This document shows positions 23,739 to 33,568 of a DNA stretch of 64,000 nt, piece by piece. Location of the stretch: assembly GCA_965248575.1 (NCBI GenBank), contig CBDFJQ010000002.1, positions 3,904,001 to 3,968,000 on the forward strand, written 5' to 3'. Made by a program: the position numbers and the translations under genes. Numbering within the stretch: position 1 is the first letter of the stretch; each line of letters starts with the position of its first letter. The notes below the pieces were generated by a model that saw only the letters and a list, made by a program, of their open reading frames with translations, ran no database searches and was not told the DNA's origin. Origin of the DNA: Planctomycetota bacterium. Lineage in GTDB: Bacteria; Planctomycetota; B15-G4.

Positions 23739-25802
23739 TCACCCCACCCGGCTCGGCAAGCTCGTGCTGTACACGTCCTTCACATAGTCCTCGAGCATGC
23801 GCCGCGCCGAGAACTGGCCCAGGAAGGCGACCATGGACGCGCGCACCTTGGCGATCCAGTCCCGGGGCAACCCGTCGGGGCCACGCTCGTAGTAGAGCGG
23901 GATGATCTCGTTCTCGAGCAGGCTGAGCAGGGCTTCGGAGTCCCGGGGGCCGTCAGGCAGTTCGGCCTTGCCGATGGTGAAGCCGCACTCGGGCAGGTTG
24001 GCTTCGGCCCACCAGCCGTCTGGCACCGACGCATGCAGGCCGCCGTTGGCCACGGACTTCATGCCGCTCGTGCCGCTGGCTTCGCGCGGCCATTCAGGGG
24101 TGTTCAGCCAGACATCCACGCCGCGCACCATGAGGCGCGCCACGCCGGAGTCGTAGCCTTCGAGCAACACGATGCGACCGCGCAGCTCGTCCGTATCGGC
24201 CATCTCCCAGATACGACGGATGACGTCCTGGCCCGGGCGGTCGGCAGGGTGTGCCTTGCCGGCCATGATCAATTGCACCGGGCGCGTCTCGTTGGTGAGC
24301 AGCGCGCGCAGGCGATCGGGGTCGGAGAACAACAGGTCGGCGCGCTTGTAGGGGGCGAAGCGCCGCGCGAAGCCGATGGTCAAAGCCTGGGTGTTGACCA
24401 TCTGCTTGAGCCGGCGCAGATCGGCGGTGGAGCGCCCGTGGCGCGCAGCCTGACGCACACCGCGGATGTGCACGAAGCGCATGAGCCGGTGCTTCTGGGC
24501 GTTGTGCGCGGCCCAGATGGATTCGTCAGACAGCAGCGCGGCGCGCTCGGCGAGGGTCTGCGGGTGCGTGTCCGCTTCGGCCTGCAGCACCTTGGACATC
24601 TCGGGGCCCAGCCAGGTGGCCATGTGCACACCGTTGGTGACAGCGCCGATCTCGTACTCCGGCCACATCTCCCTGCTGACCTCGCCGTGCAGCTGCGAGA
24701 CGCCGTTGTTCACGGAGGAGACGTTGAGAGCGAGCTTGGTGAGGTTGAAACCGTCCTGCCCATCCACCGTGCCCAGATCGAGCAGCTCGTCGGTGCTGCT
24801 GTTGAGGTGCTGGGCGGTGGTCTCGAGGTAGGGGCGCACGTTTTCGCGGTCGAAGACCTCGTTGCCGGCGGGCACCGGAGTGTGGGTGGTGAAGGCGTGC
24901 AGATGGCGCACGGATTCCACGGCGGAGGCCATGGACTCCTGGCCGCTGCGGCGCATGTTCTCCACCGCAAGGAAAGCCGAGTGCCCCTCGTTCATGTGGA
25001 AGGTGCGGGGCGAGATGTTCAGGGCCTCCATCACGGCCACGGCACCGCGGCCCAAGACCACCTCTTGTTCGAGGCGCATCTCGCGGCCGCCCACGTAGAG
25101 CATGGAGGTGATGTAGCGATCTTCGAAGGCGTTCTTCGACGAGTAGCTGTCGAGTAGCAAGAGCGGCACGCGGCCCACGAAGCTGACCCACACGCGCAGG
25201 TAGATGGTGCGGCCGGGGAGCTCAACGGGCACACGCAGGGTGCCGCCCTCGGCATTGCGCACGCGCAGGATGGGCACGCGCAGGCCGTCGAGCTCGGGGT
25301 AGTTGTGCTGCTGGTAGCCGTCGGCGTCAATCAACTGGTTGAAGTAGCCGCGGCGGTAGAAGAGACCGACTCCAATCAATGGCAAAGCCATGTCGGATGA
25401 GGCCTTGAGATGGTCGCCGCTGAGGATGCCGAGACCGCCGGAGTAGATCGGCAGGCACTCGTGCAGGCCGTACTCCGCGGAGACGTAGCAGATGGGGTCG
25501 CCGTCTTCGCTCGGGCGCGCGAGGTCCGCGTCGAACTTCTCGAGCACGGCGTTCATCTGGGCCAGGAAGCTCTCGTCCTGGGCCAGGGCCTCCAGGTGCG
25601 CCGTGCGGCTGAGATGGATCAAACGCACAGGGTTCAGGTAGCGCGACCACAGATGCGGGTCGATGCGGCTGAAGAGATCGCGCGCCTCACGATGCCACGT
25701 CCACCACATGTTGTAGGCCAGGTCCGTCAACCGGGCGATCGGTGCCGGGAGGTCCAGATGCTCGGGCGGGCGCGTGGGGACGTTCAAGCTGTGGGTGCTC
25801 AT
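23739..25802 (-). CDS. glgP: Alpha-glucan (glycogen) phosphorylase
   Basis: LAYNMWW, YSGGLGILSGD, HMNEGH, FTTHTPVPAG, ARRFAPYKR and EASGTSGMK (PLP Lys). Confidence 0.95.
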   Translation of the reverse strand: MSTHSLNVPTRPPEHLDLPAPIARLTDLAYNMWWTWHREARDLFSRIDPHLWSRYLNPVRLIHLSRTAHLEALAQDESFLAQMNAVLEKFDADLARPSEDGDPICYVSAEYGLHECLPIYSGGLGILSGDHLKASSDMALPLIGVGLFYRRGYFNQLIDADGYQQHNYPELDGLRVPILRVRNAEGGTLRVPVELPGRTIYLRVWVSFVGRVPLLLLDSYSSKNAFEDRYITSMLYVGGREMRLEQEVVLGRGAVAVMEALNISPRTFHMNEGHSAFLAVENMRRSGQESMASAVESVRHLHAFTTHTPVPAGNEVFDRENVRPYLETTAQHLNSSTDELLDLGTVDGQDGFNLTKLALNVSSVNNGVSQLHGEVSREMWPEYEIGAVTNGVHMATWLGPEMSKVLQAEADTHPQTLAERAALLSDESIWAAHNAQKHRLMRFVHIRGVRQAARHGRSTADLRRLKQMVNTQALTIGFARRFAPYKRADLLFSDPDRLRALLTNETRPVQLIMAGKAHPADRPGQDVIRRIWEMADTDELRGRIVLLEGYDSGVARLMVRGVDVWLNTPEWPREASGTSGMKSVANGGLHASVPDGWWAEANLPECGFTIGKAELPDGPRDSEALLSLLENEIIPLYYERGPDGLPRDWIAKVRASMVAFLGQFSARRMLEDYVKDVYSTSLPSRVG

Positions 25803-26023
25803 GAGCGGTGCTGGGCTCAATCCGGGGGGCGGCAGGGAGAGGGGCGGAGGGGGTCAGCGCCTGGGGCGCTTGCCCTGGGGGTGATGCGGACGGCTAGAAT
25901 GCCTGCCCTTGTCGGCGCAGGCCAGTGATCGGGCGGCAATCCCCTGGGAGTCAGCCCAGGCAGATCGCACGGGCCCTCCATCGTCGCGCAGCGGCAAGAT
26001 CCTGTAATCGGAGCGACTCCTTC

Positions 26024-27862
26024 ATGTCCATCTCTTGGTCTTTGGTCGCTCTTGCGGCCCTGCTCGTCTCGGCAGCCCCTGCGCAGGACGCGCCCTCCCC
26101 AGAACAGGCAGGCGGGGCGGACAGCGGATCGGGCGTGGCCGCCCGGGACAAGTCACTGGGGCCGAGTCTCTCTGGCTTGCCCGTGGGGGCCACGATCCTG
26201 GCCCCCGGTGACCGCCCCCTGAGCCAGCGGCGCGGCCTGCTGGTTGTGTCGGGCCTGGACGGCCGACGTGTGGGCGACGCGCGCATGATGCAGCGGGTCA
26301 TCGAGAGCCTGGAAGCCCAGGAGAACCTCGCGGCACGGCTCGGTGACCGCATGCTGGTCTTCGTGCCCCGTGCAAACCCGGGTGGTTTTGGCAACCAAAC
26401 CATGGGCGATGCCATCCCCGAAGGAGCGGTGGCGGGCAACCGTCGCCCCTTGGACCGGGACCGGGACGGTCGCAGCAATGAAGATGGGCCGTCGGACCTG
26501 GACGGCGACGGCTTCATCACTTGGATGCGCATCCCCGATGGGGCGGGCGAATGGGTCATGGATGAGCATGACCCGCGGGCTATGCGCAAGGCGCGCACCG
26601 AACGCGGCGAGCGCGGGACCCATCGCCTGCTACGCGAAGGGGTGGACCAGGATGGCGACGGCACCTGGTACGAAGACGACGGCCAGGGCGTGTTGCTCAA
26701 CGAGAACTACCCCCATGGTTGGGACGAGTACCCGGCCCAGACCGGTGCCTATCCCCTGAGCGAACCCGCCAATCGGTCGTTGGTGGACTTCGTGCTCCAG
26801 CACCCCGGCCTGTTGGGCGTGGTGGTGGTGGGCGATGAGGACACGCTGGTGTCCCTGCCCCCGGAAGCAAAGAAGGTGGAGCGGGGCGGCTTCGGCGGTG
26901 GCTTCCGCAATGCCCTGGACGGTTTGTTGAAGGAGGACGTGGCCAGCTTGAAAGAGATCAAGCGCCGCTTCGACGAGCTGGGTGAGGACAAGCACGAGGT
27001 GAAGGCCGACGGCCCCTCGGACGGCGGGCTGCTCGCCTGGGCGTACCACCAGGCGGGTCGTTGGCCCCTGGGCCTACGCCCCTGGGCAGCGCCCGAGAAG
27101 CTGGAGAAGAAGGACGACGAGAAAGATGGGGCTGATGGCGCCGACGCGGATGCCGACGCCGGGGTCGACGCGGATGCCGACGCGGATGCCGATGCGGATG
27201 CAGACACCAAGCTCCCGAAGAAGAAGGGCGGCAAGGCCAGGCGCGGCAAGGACGTTATGGACGCCAAGGACGCCGACGAGGCGGGTGATCAGCCCACCAG
27301 CGACACGGACAGCCCGGTGCCAGCGGCGGTCTTGCAGTGGCTGGACACCCATCGCGAAGGCGCCGGCTTCCGGGAGTGGACCAGCTTCGAGCACCCGGAG
27401 CTGGGTGAGGTGGAGATCGGCGGGCTCACCGACGCCACCCTGCGCAGTGTGGGGCGTGACCCGGACGCGCAGCGCGCCTTCGCAGCGCGTCTGGAGAGTC
27501 TGTTGCTCGAAGCTCTCGACTGGTTCCCCGAGGTGGCCTTCGAAGACGTGGAGATCACGGACCACGGCGGCGGCGTCTACGCCATCGAGGTGGCGGTTGT
27601 GAACACGGGCGTCCTGCCCACGGCCAGCAAGCTGGGGGCAGACGCGCGCATCACGCGACCCATGCGCGTGCGGCTGCACTTGCCTGACGACATGCAACGC
27701 CTGACAGGCTCGAAGCAAGAGTTGATCCGCCGCCTTGAAGGAGGCGGTGGCCGCAGCGAGTTGCGTTGGATGGTGGCGGGAGGCGGCACGGGCAGCAAGC
27801 TCGTGCTCGAACTCGATGCCGACAGCGTGGAAGACATCGAGCTGGAGGTGGTGCTCCCATGA
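26024..27862 (+). CDS. Secreted M14 carboxypeptidase-like protein, apparently lacking the zinc ligands
   Basis: Colinear with the downstream M14 gene (PRANPGG, DRDRDGRSNEDGPSDLDGDG, LNENYP, YPLSEP, HPELGEVEIGG) but has SGLDGRR where the paralogue has DGNVHGNE. Confidence 0.7.
   Translation: MSISWSLVALAALLVSAAPAQDAPSPEQAGGADSGSGVAARDKSLGPSLSGLPVGATILAPGDRPLSQRRGLLVVSGLDGRRVGDARMMQRVIESLEAQENLAARLGDRMLVFVPRANPGGFGNQTMGDAIPEGAVAGNRRPLDRDRDGRSNEDGPSDLDGDGFITWMRIPDGAGEWVMDEHDPRAMRKARTERGERGTHRLLREGVDQDGDGTWYEDDGQGVLLNENYPHGWDEYPAQTGAYPLSEPANRSLVDFVLQHPGLLGVVVVGDEDTLVSLPPEAKKVERGGFGGGFRNALDGLLKEDVASLKEIKRRFDELGEDKHEVKADGPSDGGLLAWAYHQAGRWPLGLRPWAAPEKLEKKDDEKDGADGADADADAGVDADADADADADADTKLPKKKGGKARRGKDVMDAKDADEAGDQPTSDTDSPVPAAVLQWLDTHREGAGFREWTSFEHPELGEVEIGGLTDATLRSVGRDPDAQRAFAARLESLLLEALDWFPEVAFEDVEITDHGGGVYAIEVAVVNTGVLPTASKLGADARITRPMRVRLHLPDDMQRLTGSKQELIRRLEGGGGRSELRWMVAGGGTGSKLVLELDADSVEDIELEVVLP
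27127..27205 (+). repeat. Low-complexity (Asp-Ala)n coding repeat
   Basis: GCCGACGCGGAT-type repeats encoding DGADGADADADAGVDADADADADADAD. Confidence 0.8.
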
Positions 27863-27957
27863 CTTACTCGACGACATCGATCACTGCAGGCCCGAAGCAC
27901 GACACGAACGCAGCCAAGACGTTTCTTTTTCAGCCTCTGTCTTCCCGAGCACTTTCC

Positions 27958-29730
27958 ATGAGCCGTTCACCCTTCGTGTTCGTGTTGGCCCTGGCGCTGA
28001 CCTTCAGTGCCTTGGTTCCTGTCTCGGCGTCGGCGCAGGCCGTGCGCACGCCAAAGGTGTCCATCGCCTGGAACCGCTTCTACGACTACCAAGGCATCAC
28101 GGACCTCTGCCGGCAGTTGGCGGAGAGTGCGCCGGAGCTGTGCACCCTCGAGTTCATCGGCGAGAGCGTCGAGGGGCGCCCCATGCCTCTGCTCACCATC
28201 CAGAACCCCAAGACGGGCGCGCAGGCGGACAAGGCCGCCATGTGGGTGGACGGCAATGTGCACGGCAACGAGGTGCAGGGCGCAGAAGCGGCGGTCTACC
28301 TGGCGTGGACCCTGCTGGAGCGCTACGAGGAGCTGGACAACATCACCGAGCTGGTGGACGAGCGGGTCTTCTACATCCTGCCCATGGTGAACCCCGACGG
28401 GCGCCAGTATTGGTTTGACGCGCCCAACACGATGAACAGTTCGCGCAGTGGCAAGAAGCCCTTGGACAACGACGGCGACGGCCTCTTCGACGAGGACGGG
28501 CCGGACGACCTGGACGGCGATGGCGAACTGCTCTCCATGCGCAAGAGGGTCGCGCCGGGCACCGGCACGCACCGCCTGGACCCCAACGACAAGCGGGTCA
28601 TGATCTCGGTGCCGTCGGAGCTGCGGGTGGAAGCGGGGGCGGACTACATCCGCCTCGGACAGGAAGGCATCGACAACGACAACGATGGCCGCACCAATGA
28701 GGACGGCCCCGGCGGCTACGACATGAACCGCAATTGGGGCAGCGGCTGGATGCCGCCCTACATCCAATACGGCGCGGGCGACTACCCCTTCAGCTTCCCT
28801 GAGACCGAGGCCATCGGGCGCTTCATCCTGGCGCGGCCGAACATCGCGGCGGTGCAGTCCTTCCACAACTCGGGCGGCATGATCCTACGCGGCCCGGGCG
28901 CCGCGGTGCGCGAGAGCTACTACCCGCGCAGCGACCTGCGGGTCTACGACGCCATCGCAGAGGAGGGCGAGAAGCTCCTGCCCCACTACCGCTCGCTCGT
29001 GATCTTCAAGGACCTCTACGACGTGCACGGTGGTTTCGTGGACTGGACCGCTGAGGGCTTGGGCATCATCTCATTCACCAACGAGCTGTGGGCTGGCACC
29101 CAGGCATTCGGCGACCCGAACGACTCCAACGGGGGCTTCGACTTCGAGAACAGGACGGAACGTCAACTGGCCTTCGATGACCACGTGCTGTTTGGCGAGA
29201 CCCACGTGGACTGGCACGAGGTGGAGCACCCCGACTACGGCACCGTCGAAGTGGGCGGCTTCCGGAAGATGACCGGCCGTGTGCCGCCGCCCTTCATGAT
29301 CGAGGAGATGCTGCACCGCAACGCTGCCTTCTGCATCTTCCACGCGGAGCAGATGCCCAAGCTGCGGGCCGGGCCGCTGGAGATCAGCGAGCTGGCAGGC
29401 GGCGCCAAGGTGGTCACCCTGGAAGTGCATAACGAGCGTTGGATCCCCACCCGGGCCGGGGTGGCGGCTGACAAGAAGATCGGCCTGCCGGACTTCGTGA
29501 CCCTTTCGGGTGATGACATCACGGTGATGGCCGGGGGCCCTGGCGCAGACCGCTTTGACCTCACGCGCTTCCAGGCCGTGGAGCATGAGCCGGAGCGCCT
29601 GCGCCTGGAGAGGGGGATTCCCGGCCACGGTTCCGAAAGGCTACGCTGGATCGTTCGCGGTTCCGGTGAATTGACCATCACCGTGGACAGCCAGCACGCC
29701 CCGCTCCTGCAAGTGACCGGTTCGCTCTAG
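27958..29730 (+). CDS. Secreted M14 family zinc carboxypeptidase
   Basis: Signal peptide from ATG 27958 (alternative start 27859); DGNVHGNE, PMVNPDG, DMNRNW, SFHNSGG and FTNELW. Confidence 0.9.
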   Translation: MSRSPFVFVLALALTFSALVPVSASAQAVRTPKVSIAWNRFYDYQGITDLCRQLAESAPELCTLEFIGESVEGRPMPLLTIQNPKTGAQADKAAMWVDGNVHGNEVQGAEAAVYLAWTLLERYEELDNITELVDERVFYILPMVNPDGRQYWFDAPNTMNSSRSGKKPLDNDGDGLFDEDGPDDLDGDGELLSMRKRVAPGTGTHRLDPNDKRVMISVPSELRVEAGADYIRLGQEGIDNDNDGRTNEDGPGGYDMNRNWGSGWMPPYIQYGAGDYPFSFPETEAIGRFILARPNIAAVQSFHNSGGMILRGPGAAVRESYYPRSDLRVYDAIAEEGEKLLPHYRSLVIFKDLYDVHGGFVDWTAEGLGIISFTNELWAGTQAFGDPNDSNGGFDFENRTERQLAFDDHVLFGETHVDWHEVEHPDYGTVEVGGFRKMTGRVPPPFMIEEMLHRNAAFCIFHAEQMPKLRAGPLEISELAGGAKVVTLEVHNERWIPTRAGVAADKKIGLPDFVTLSGDDITVMAGGPGADRFDLTRFQAVEHEPERLRLERGIPGHGSERLRWIVRGSGELTITVDSQHAPLLQVTGSL

Positions 29731-29858
29731 CGGGCTCAGGAAGGGGCGCGTGGCCTGTTCGTGGTGAGAGGGTCGGTGGCCCCGGCGGCGCGACGATGCG
29801 GCGGCAGCCCCAAGCCACCGTTCCAGCCAGTGACCGCCCTAAAGACAGCGAGCAAGCC

Positions 29859-30794
29859 GTGACCAACGACGCGTCCCCCGACTCCACCGAGCCACCCGTC
29901 GGCGACGGTGACAAACGGTCTCCCGAGGACATCCCGAGCCGCGGTCTGATCGTGGTGCACAAGCCTCGGGGTCTCACCTCGCGTCGGGCGCTGGACGTGG
30001 TGGAGCGCAAGCTCGACATCGGCGCCTTGGGCCACTGCGGCAGCCTCGACCCCCTGGCCACGGGCGTGCTCGTGCTGGTGGTGGGCAAGGCGCGCAAGAT
30101 CCAGGACCTGGTGGTGCACGGCGAGAAGGTCTACGAGATCACGGCGACGCTGGGTGCGCGCACCGTGACGGACGACGCCGAGGGCGAGTTGCAGATGACC
30201 GAACCCGCGCCGGAGCCACCCACGCGCGAGGCGATCGAGGAGGCCTTGGAACAGTTCCGGGGTGAGATCGAGCAGCTGCCCCCGACCTACAGCGCCGTGA
30301 AGGTGGACGGCAAGCGCATGCATCGCGAGGCCCGCAAGGGCAACCCCGTGGTGGCCAAGCCGCGCAACGTCAGCGTGCACGAGCTGACCCTCAGCAAGTA
30401 CGAATGGCCCGAAGTACACCTGCACATGCGCTGCGGCGCGGGCACCTACGCCCGGGCTATCGCCCGCGACCTGGGCAATGTCCTGGGCACCGGCGGCTAC
30501 ATGTCCAACCTGGTGCGCACACGCGTGGGTTCTCTAGAGCTGAAGGACGCCATCCTGCCCGACGAGGTCGAGCTGGAGCATGTGCTGGGCATCGAGTCAG
30601 CGCTCAAGGAGTTCCCGCGCCTCAACGTGCCGCTGGAGCAACGGCACCTGCTGAGTCGCGGCCAATCCCTGCGCACACCTCCGGGCTTCCCGACCGCAGA
30701 ACCCTGTTTCGCCTGGGTCGGCGGCGAGGTGGTGGCCTCCATCACCTTCACCAACAACGGCACCAAGTACCGGACCAAGCGCCTGCTGGTGTGA
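29859..30794 (+). CDS. truB: tRNA pseudouridine(55) synthase
   Basis: KPRGLTS, GHCGSLDPLATGVL, QLPPTYSAVKVDGKR and GTYARAIARDLG; start uncertain (29796 possible). Confidence 0.92.
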   Translation: MTNDASPDSTEPPVGDGDKRSPEDIPSRGLIVVHKPRGLTSRRALDVVERKLDIGALGHCGSLDPLATGVLVLVVGKARKIQDLVVHGEKVYEITATLGARTVTDDAEGELQMTEPAPEPPTREAIEEALEQFRGEIEQLPPTYSAVKVDGKRMHREARKGNPVVAKPRNVSVHELTLSKYEWPEVHLHMRCGAGTYARAIARDLGNVLGTGGYMSNLVRTRVGSLELKDAILPDEVELEHVLGIESALKEFPRLNVPLEQRHLLSRGQSLRTPPGFPTAEPCFAWVGGEVVASITFTNNGTKYRTKRLLV

Positions 30795-30810
30795 GTGGCT
30801 GCGGGCTTCG

Positions 30811-32160
30811 CTAGAACTGCAGGCTGTCCATCAGCCCGTTGAGCCAGGCGAAAACATCCTGCTGTGCCTGGGTGCTGCCGGGGAAGAGGTTGTCGTCCTC
30901 GAAGGGGTCCTGGGGGATGTTGAAGAAGCCCACCGGCGGGACGGGGCCCGCTGGTTGGTTCTTGACGAGCTTCCAGCGTTCGCTGCGCACGGCGCGCCGG
31001 TGTTGCTGGTAGGGCGGCTGACCGTTGGGCCGGAAGGTCTCGGAATAGACGGCGTTGCGGGCAGAAGGTTGGCGCGGCGCGATGAGGTTCGCGAAGAAGG
31101 ACACGCTGTCCTCGGCTTCGGTTGGGATGGGCGCACCCACCATCTCGCAGATGCTGGCGTAGATGTCCGTGACGCCCACGAGCGCCGGCTCTTCGCGACC
31201 CGGGTGTGTGACGCCGGGCCCGGTGACGATCAAGGGCACGTGGATGCCGTACTCCGTGACGTGTCCTTTGGCGCTGAAGACGCCGGGCAGGGCTGCCGAC
31301 GGGGAACCATTGTCGCCCACGAACACGATCCAGGTGCGGTCGAGCACCTCGGCCGGAATGCTGCCGAGCAGGCGCCCCAGCTCCGTGTCCATGGCTTCGA
31401 TGGCGGCCTGGTGCAGCTCGCTCGGGGAGCTGTTGGTGTCCACGTCCACCGTGATCAGGTCGGCGGGCGGAACGTGGTACGGCGTGTGCGGAGCGTTGAA
31501 GGCCAGCCACACGAACCAGGGTTCCTGGCCCGCGTCCTGGATGGCGGCCAACGCGTCATCGACCTGGTCCGTGGTGAGATAGGTGTTGGTGACGACCGAC
31601 TGGGTGTTGCCGGAGCCGTCGGCGACGTTCTTGGTCCAGTTGAAGTACTTGAGCGGGTCGTTGCCGGGGTTGAGCCCGATTCCGGTGTGGCGATCGAAGC
31701 CGAAGAGGATGGGGTGCTGGAAGCCGGTGCCGCCCGAGGACTCCTTGATGTTGAGGTGCCACTTGCCCACGGCCGTGCTGTGGTGCGTTGCGGAGAGCAC
31801 GTCGGCGAGGCTGAGCTCGGCAGGGTCTGCCTCGATGCCGCCCGAACCTCCGCTCCAGGAGACGCCCCGGCCGATGCCCGTGCGGAACGGATGGCGCCCG
31901 GTGAGCATGGCCGAGCGGGTGGGGCTGCAGAGCGGCTCGGAGTAGGCGTTGCGGAAGAGCACGCCGGCCCGGGCCAGCAGGTCGAGGGTGGGCGTGGGTG
32001 GGTTCGGCACGGTGCCCAGGCCGTAGGCGGGGGTGCGCTCCACGCCCATGTCGTCCGCGATGACCACCAGTACATTGGGCGGCGGGGGCGAACCCTCGGG
32101 CTCCCCCAGCTGCGACAGCTGCGCCAGGCATGCAAGCAGTAGAGCCAGGGTGAGAGACAC
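30811..32160 (-). CDS. Formylglycine-dependent sulfatase (S1)
   Basis: PNVLVVIADDMG, CSPTR, GKWHL, NAPHTPYH and GDNG. Confidence 0.92.
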   Translation of the reverse strand: MSLTLALLLACLAQLSQLGEPEGSPPPPNVLVVIADDMGVERTPAYGLGTVPNPPTPTLDLLARAGVLFRNAYSEPLCSPTRSAMLTGRHPFRTGIGRGVSWSGGSGGIEADPAELSLADVLSATHHSTAVGKWHLNIKESSGGTGFQHPILFGFDRHTGIGLNPGNDPLKYFNWTKNVADGSGNTQSVVTNTYLTTDQVDDALAAIQDAGQEPWFVWLAFNAPHTPYHVPPADLITVDVDTNSSPSELHQAAIEAMDTELGRLLGSIPAEVLDRTWIVFVGDNGSPSAALPGVFSAKGHVTEYGIHVPLIVTGPGVTHPGREEPALVGVTDIYASICEMVGAPIPTEAEDSVSFFANLIAPRQPSARNAVYSETFRPNGQPPYQQHRRAVRSERWKLVKNQPAGPVPPVGFFNIPQDPFEDDNLFPGSTQAQQDVFAWLNGLMDSLQF

Positions 32161-32232
32161 GAAGCACGCCAGTTGGGAGAGGACGACATGCTGAGTTTAT
32201 CACCCCTCAGAAAGGCTGGGAGCGAAGCCCGT

Positions 32233-32790
32233 CTAGCGAAAGCGCCCCTTCACGATGCCGGCGATGGCCAGGCCTGCAAGGAACCAACCGACGACGTGCT
32301 CCACGAAGCTGGCTGCGATGCGGTCGCTGGGGAAGAGGTACCAGTTCCAATAGGGCAGCTCGATGGCGAGCCAGGCGAAGACTCCCAACAGCGTGACGAC
32401 GATCAGGCGCGCCGCGTAGAAAGTGGCCGACTGGGCCACGATCAAGCACGCCACCCAGGCGGCAACTACGGCCATGAGCAGCCCCATACCGAGCTGCTTG
32501 GGGGAGGTGGGGTCGTCGCCCTCCGGGCTGTACACGATGAGCGCACGCGGGCCGGCGCGGTATTGCTCCTTCCAGGCCTCCCGTTGCTCGTCGCTGTCGC
32601 CCGCCTCGGCGTTGGGCACCATGTACATGCCCGCTTCGACCCCGGAGTCCTTGAGGACCGAGGCCACGGCCTCGACGTTGGGCAGCGCGCCGATGCCCAT
32701 ATGCCCCAAGGGCAGCATCATGTGCGCCACCATGCCCCACACGAAAACGATCAGCCCGCCGACGAGGCCTCCTAGCACGATGCGTTTCAT
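32233..32790 (-). CDS. Hypothetical membrane protein
   Basis: 185-aa ORF with about 4 TM segments and high-GC3 codon usage. Confidence 0.75.
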   Translation of the reverse strand: MKRIVLGGLVGGLIVFVWGMVAHMMLPLGHMGIGALPNVEAVASVLKDSGVEAGMYMVPNAEAGDSDEQREAWKEQYRAGPRALIVYSPEGDDPTSPKQLGMGLLMAVVAAWVACLIVAQSATFYAARLIVVTLLGVFAWLAIELPYWNWYLFPSDRIAASFVEHVVGWFLAGLAIAGIVKGRFR

Positions 32791-33014
32791 CAGCGACCCA
32801 ACTTCGTGCTGATCCAGAAGTACAGGCAGCCGATCACAACGACCAGCACGATCATGGAGAGGCGCTGGTTGCGCACGGCGATGGACTGCCGCGCCAGGGC
32901 CGTCTCGGTGTACTTGGCGCTGCGCTCCGCGCTCTCGCGCTCTTGCTTCATCTGAGTCTTCACCAGCTCACGGATCTCGATCAACGTGGCCTGGATGTCG
33001 TCCAGGTCTGCCAT
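32790..33014 (-). CDS. Small hypothetical protein (coiled coil + C-terminal TM)
   Basis: 74-aa ORF whose stop overlaps the next ATG (TGATG). Confidence 0.7.
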   Translation of the reverse strand: MADLDDIQATLIEIRELVKTQMKQERESAERSAKYTETALARQSIAVRNQRLSMIVLVVVIGCLYFWISTKLGR

Positions 33015-33184
33015 GGCCTTGCCCCGGGAGGTGATGCGCCGGAGTGTCAGCCGGCGCGAAGGCCGTACGATATCAGGACCGGAATTCTTCTTGGAGTGCT
33101 GTCGAAAGGCCGGGCCCTCTTTCGACGGGTGATTGAAGGTGGCAACAGAGCTGCCTGGAAACCACGCAGATGGAGCTGAGAACC

Positions 33185-33568
33185 ATGCGGTACCTGTTGT
33201 TGATCAACTCGAGCGAGACGCTGGAAACGGACATGAGCCCGGAGCAGATGGGCGAGATCATGGAGGGCTATGGCCGCTTCGGCGAAGAGCTGGAGGCTGC
33301 TGGGGCGAGCCTCGAATCGGCCCGGCTACAGCCAGCAGCCAGCGCCACCACCGTGCGCATCCGGGACGGAAAGCTGAGCACGACGGACGGCCCCTTTGCG
33401 GAGACCAAGGAGACCCTGGGCGGTTTCTACCTGATCGAGGCACCCGACTTGGATGCCGCCATCGCCTGGGCCGCGAAGATCCCCTCGGCCTCCTTCGGCG
33501 GCGTGGAAGTGCGCCCGCTCTGGGAGCCCGAGGACTACGAGCTGCCGTCCGGGGACCTCGCTCGGTGA
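33185..33568 (+). CDS. YciI/DGPF family protein
   Basis: TDGPFAETKETLGGFY signature. Confidence 0.9.
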   Translation: MRYLLLINSSETLETDMSPEQMGEIMEGYGRFGEELEAAGASLESARLQPAASATTVRIRDGKLSTTDGPFAETKETLGGFYLIEAPDLDAAIAWAAKIPSASFGGVEVRPLWEPEDYELPSGDLAR

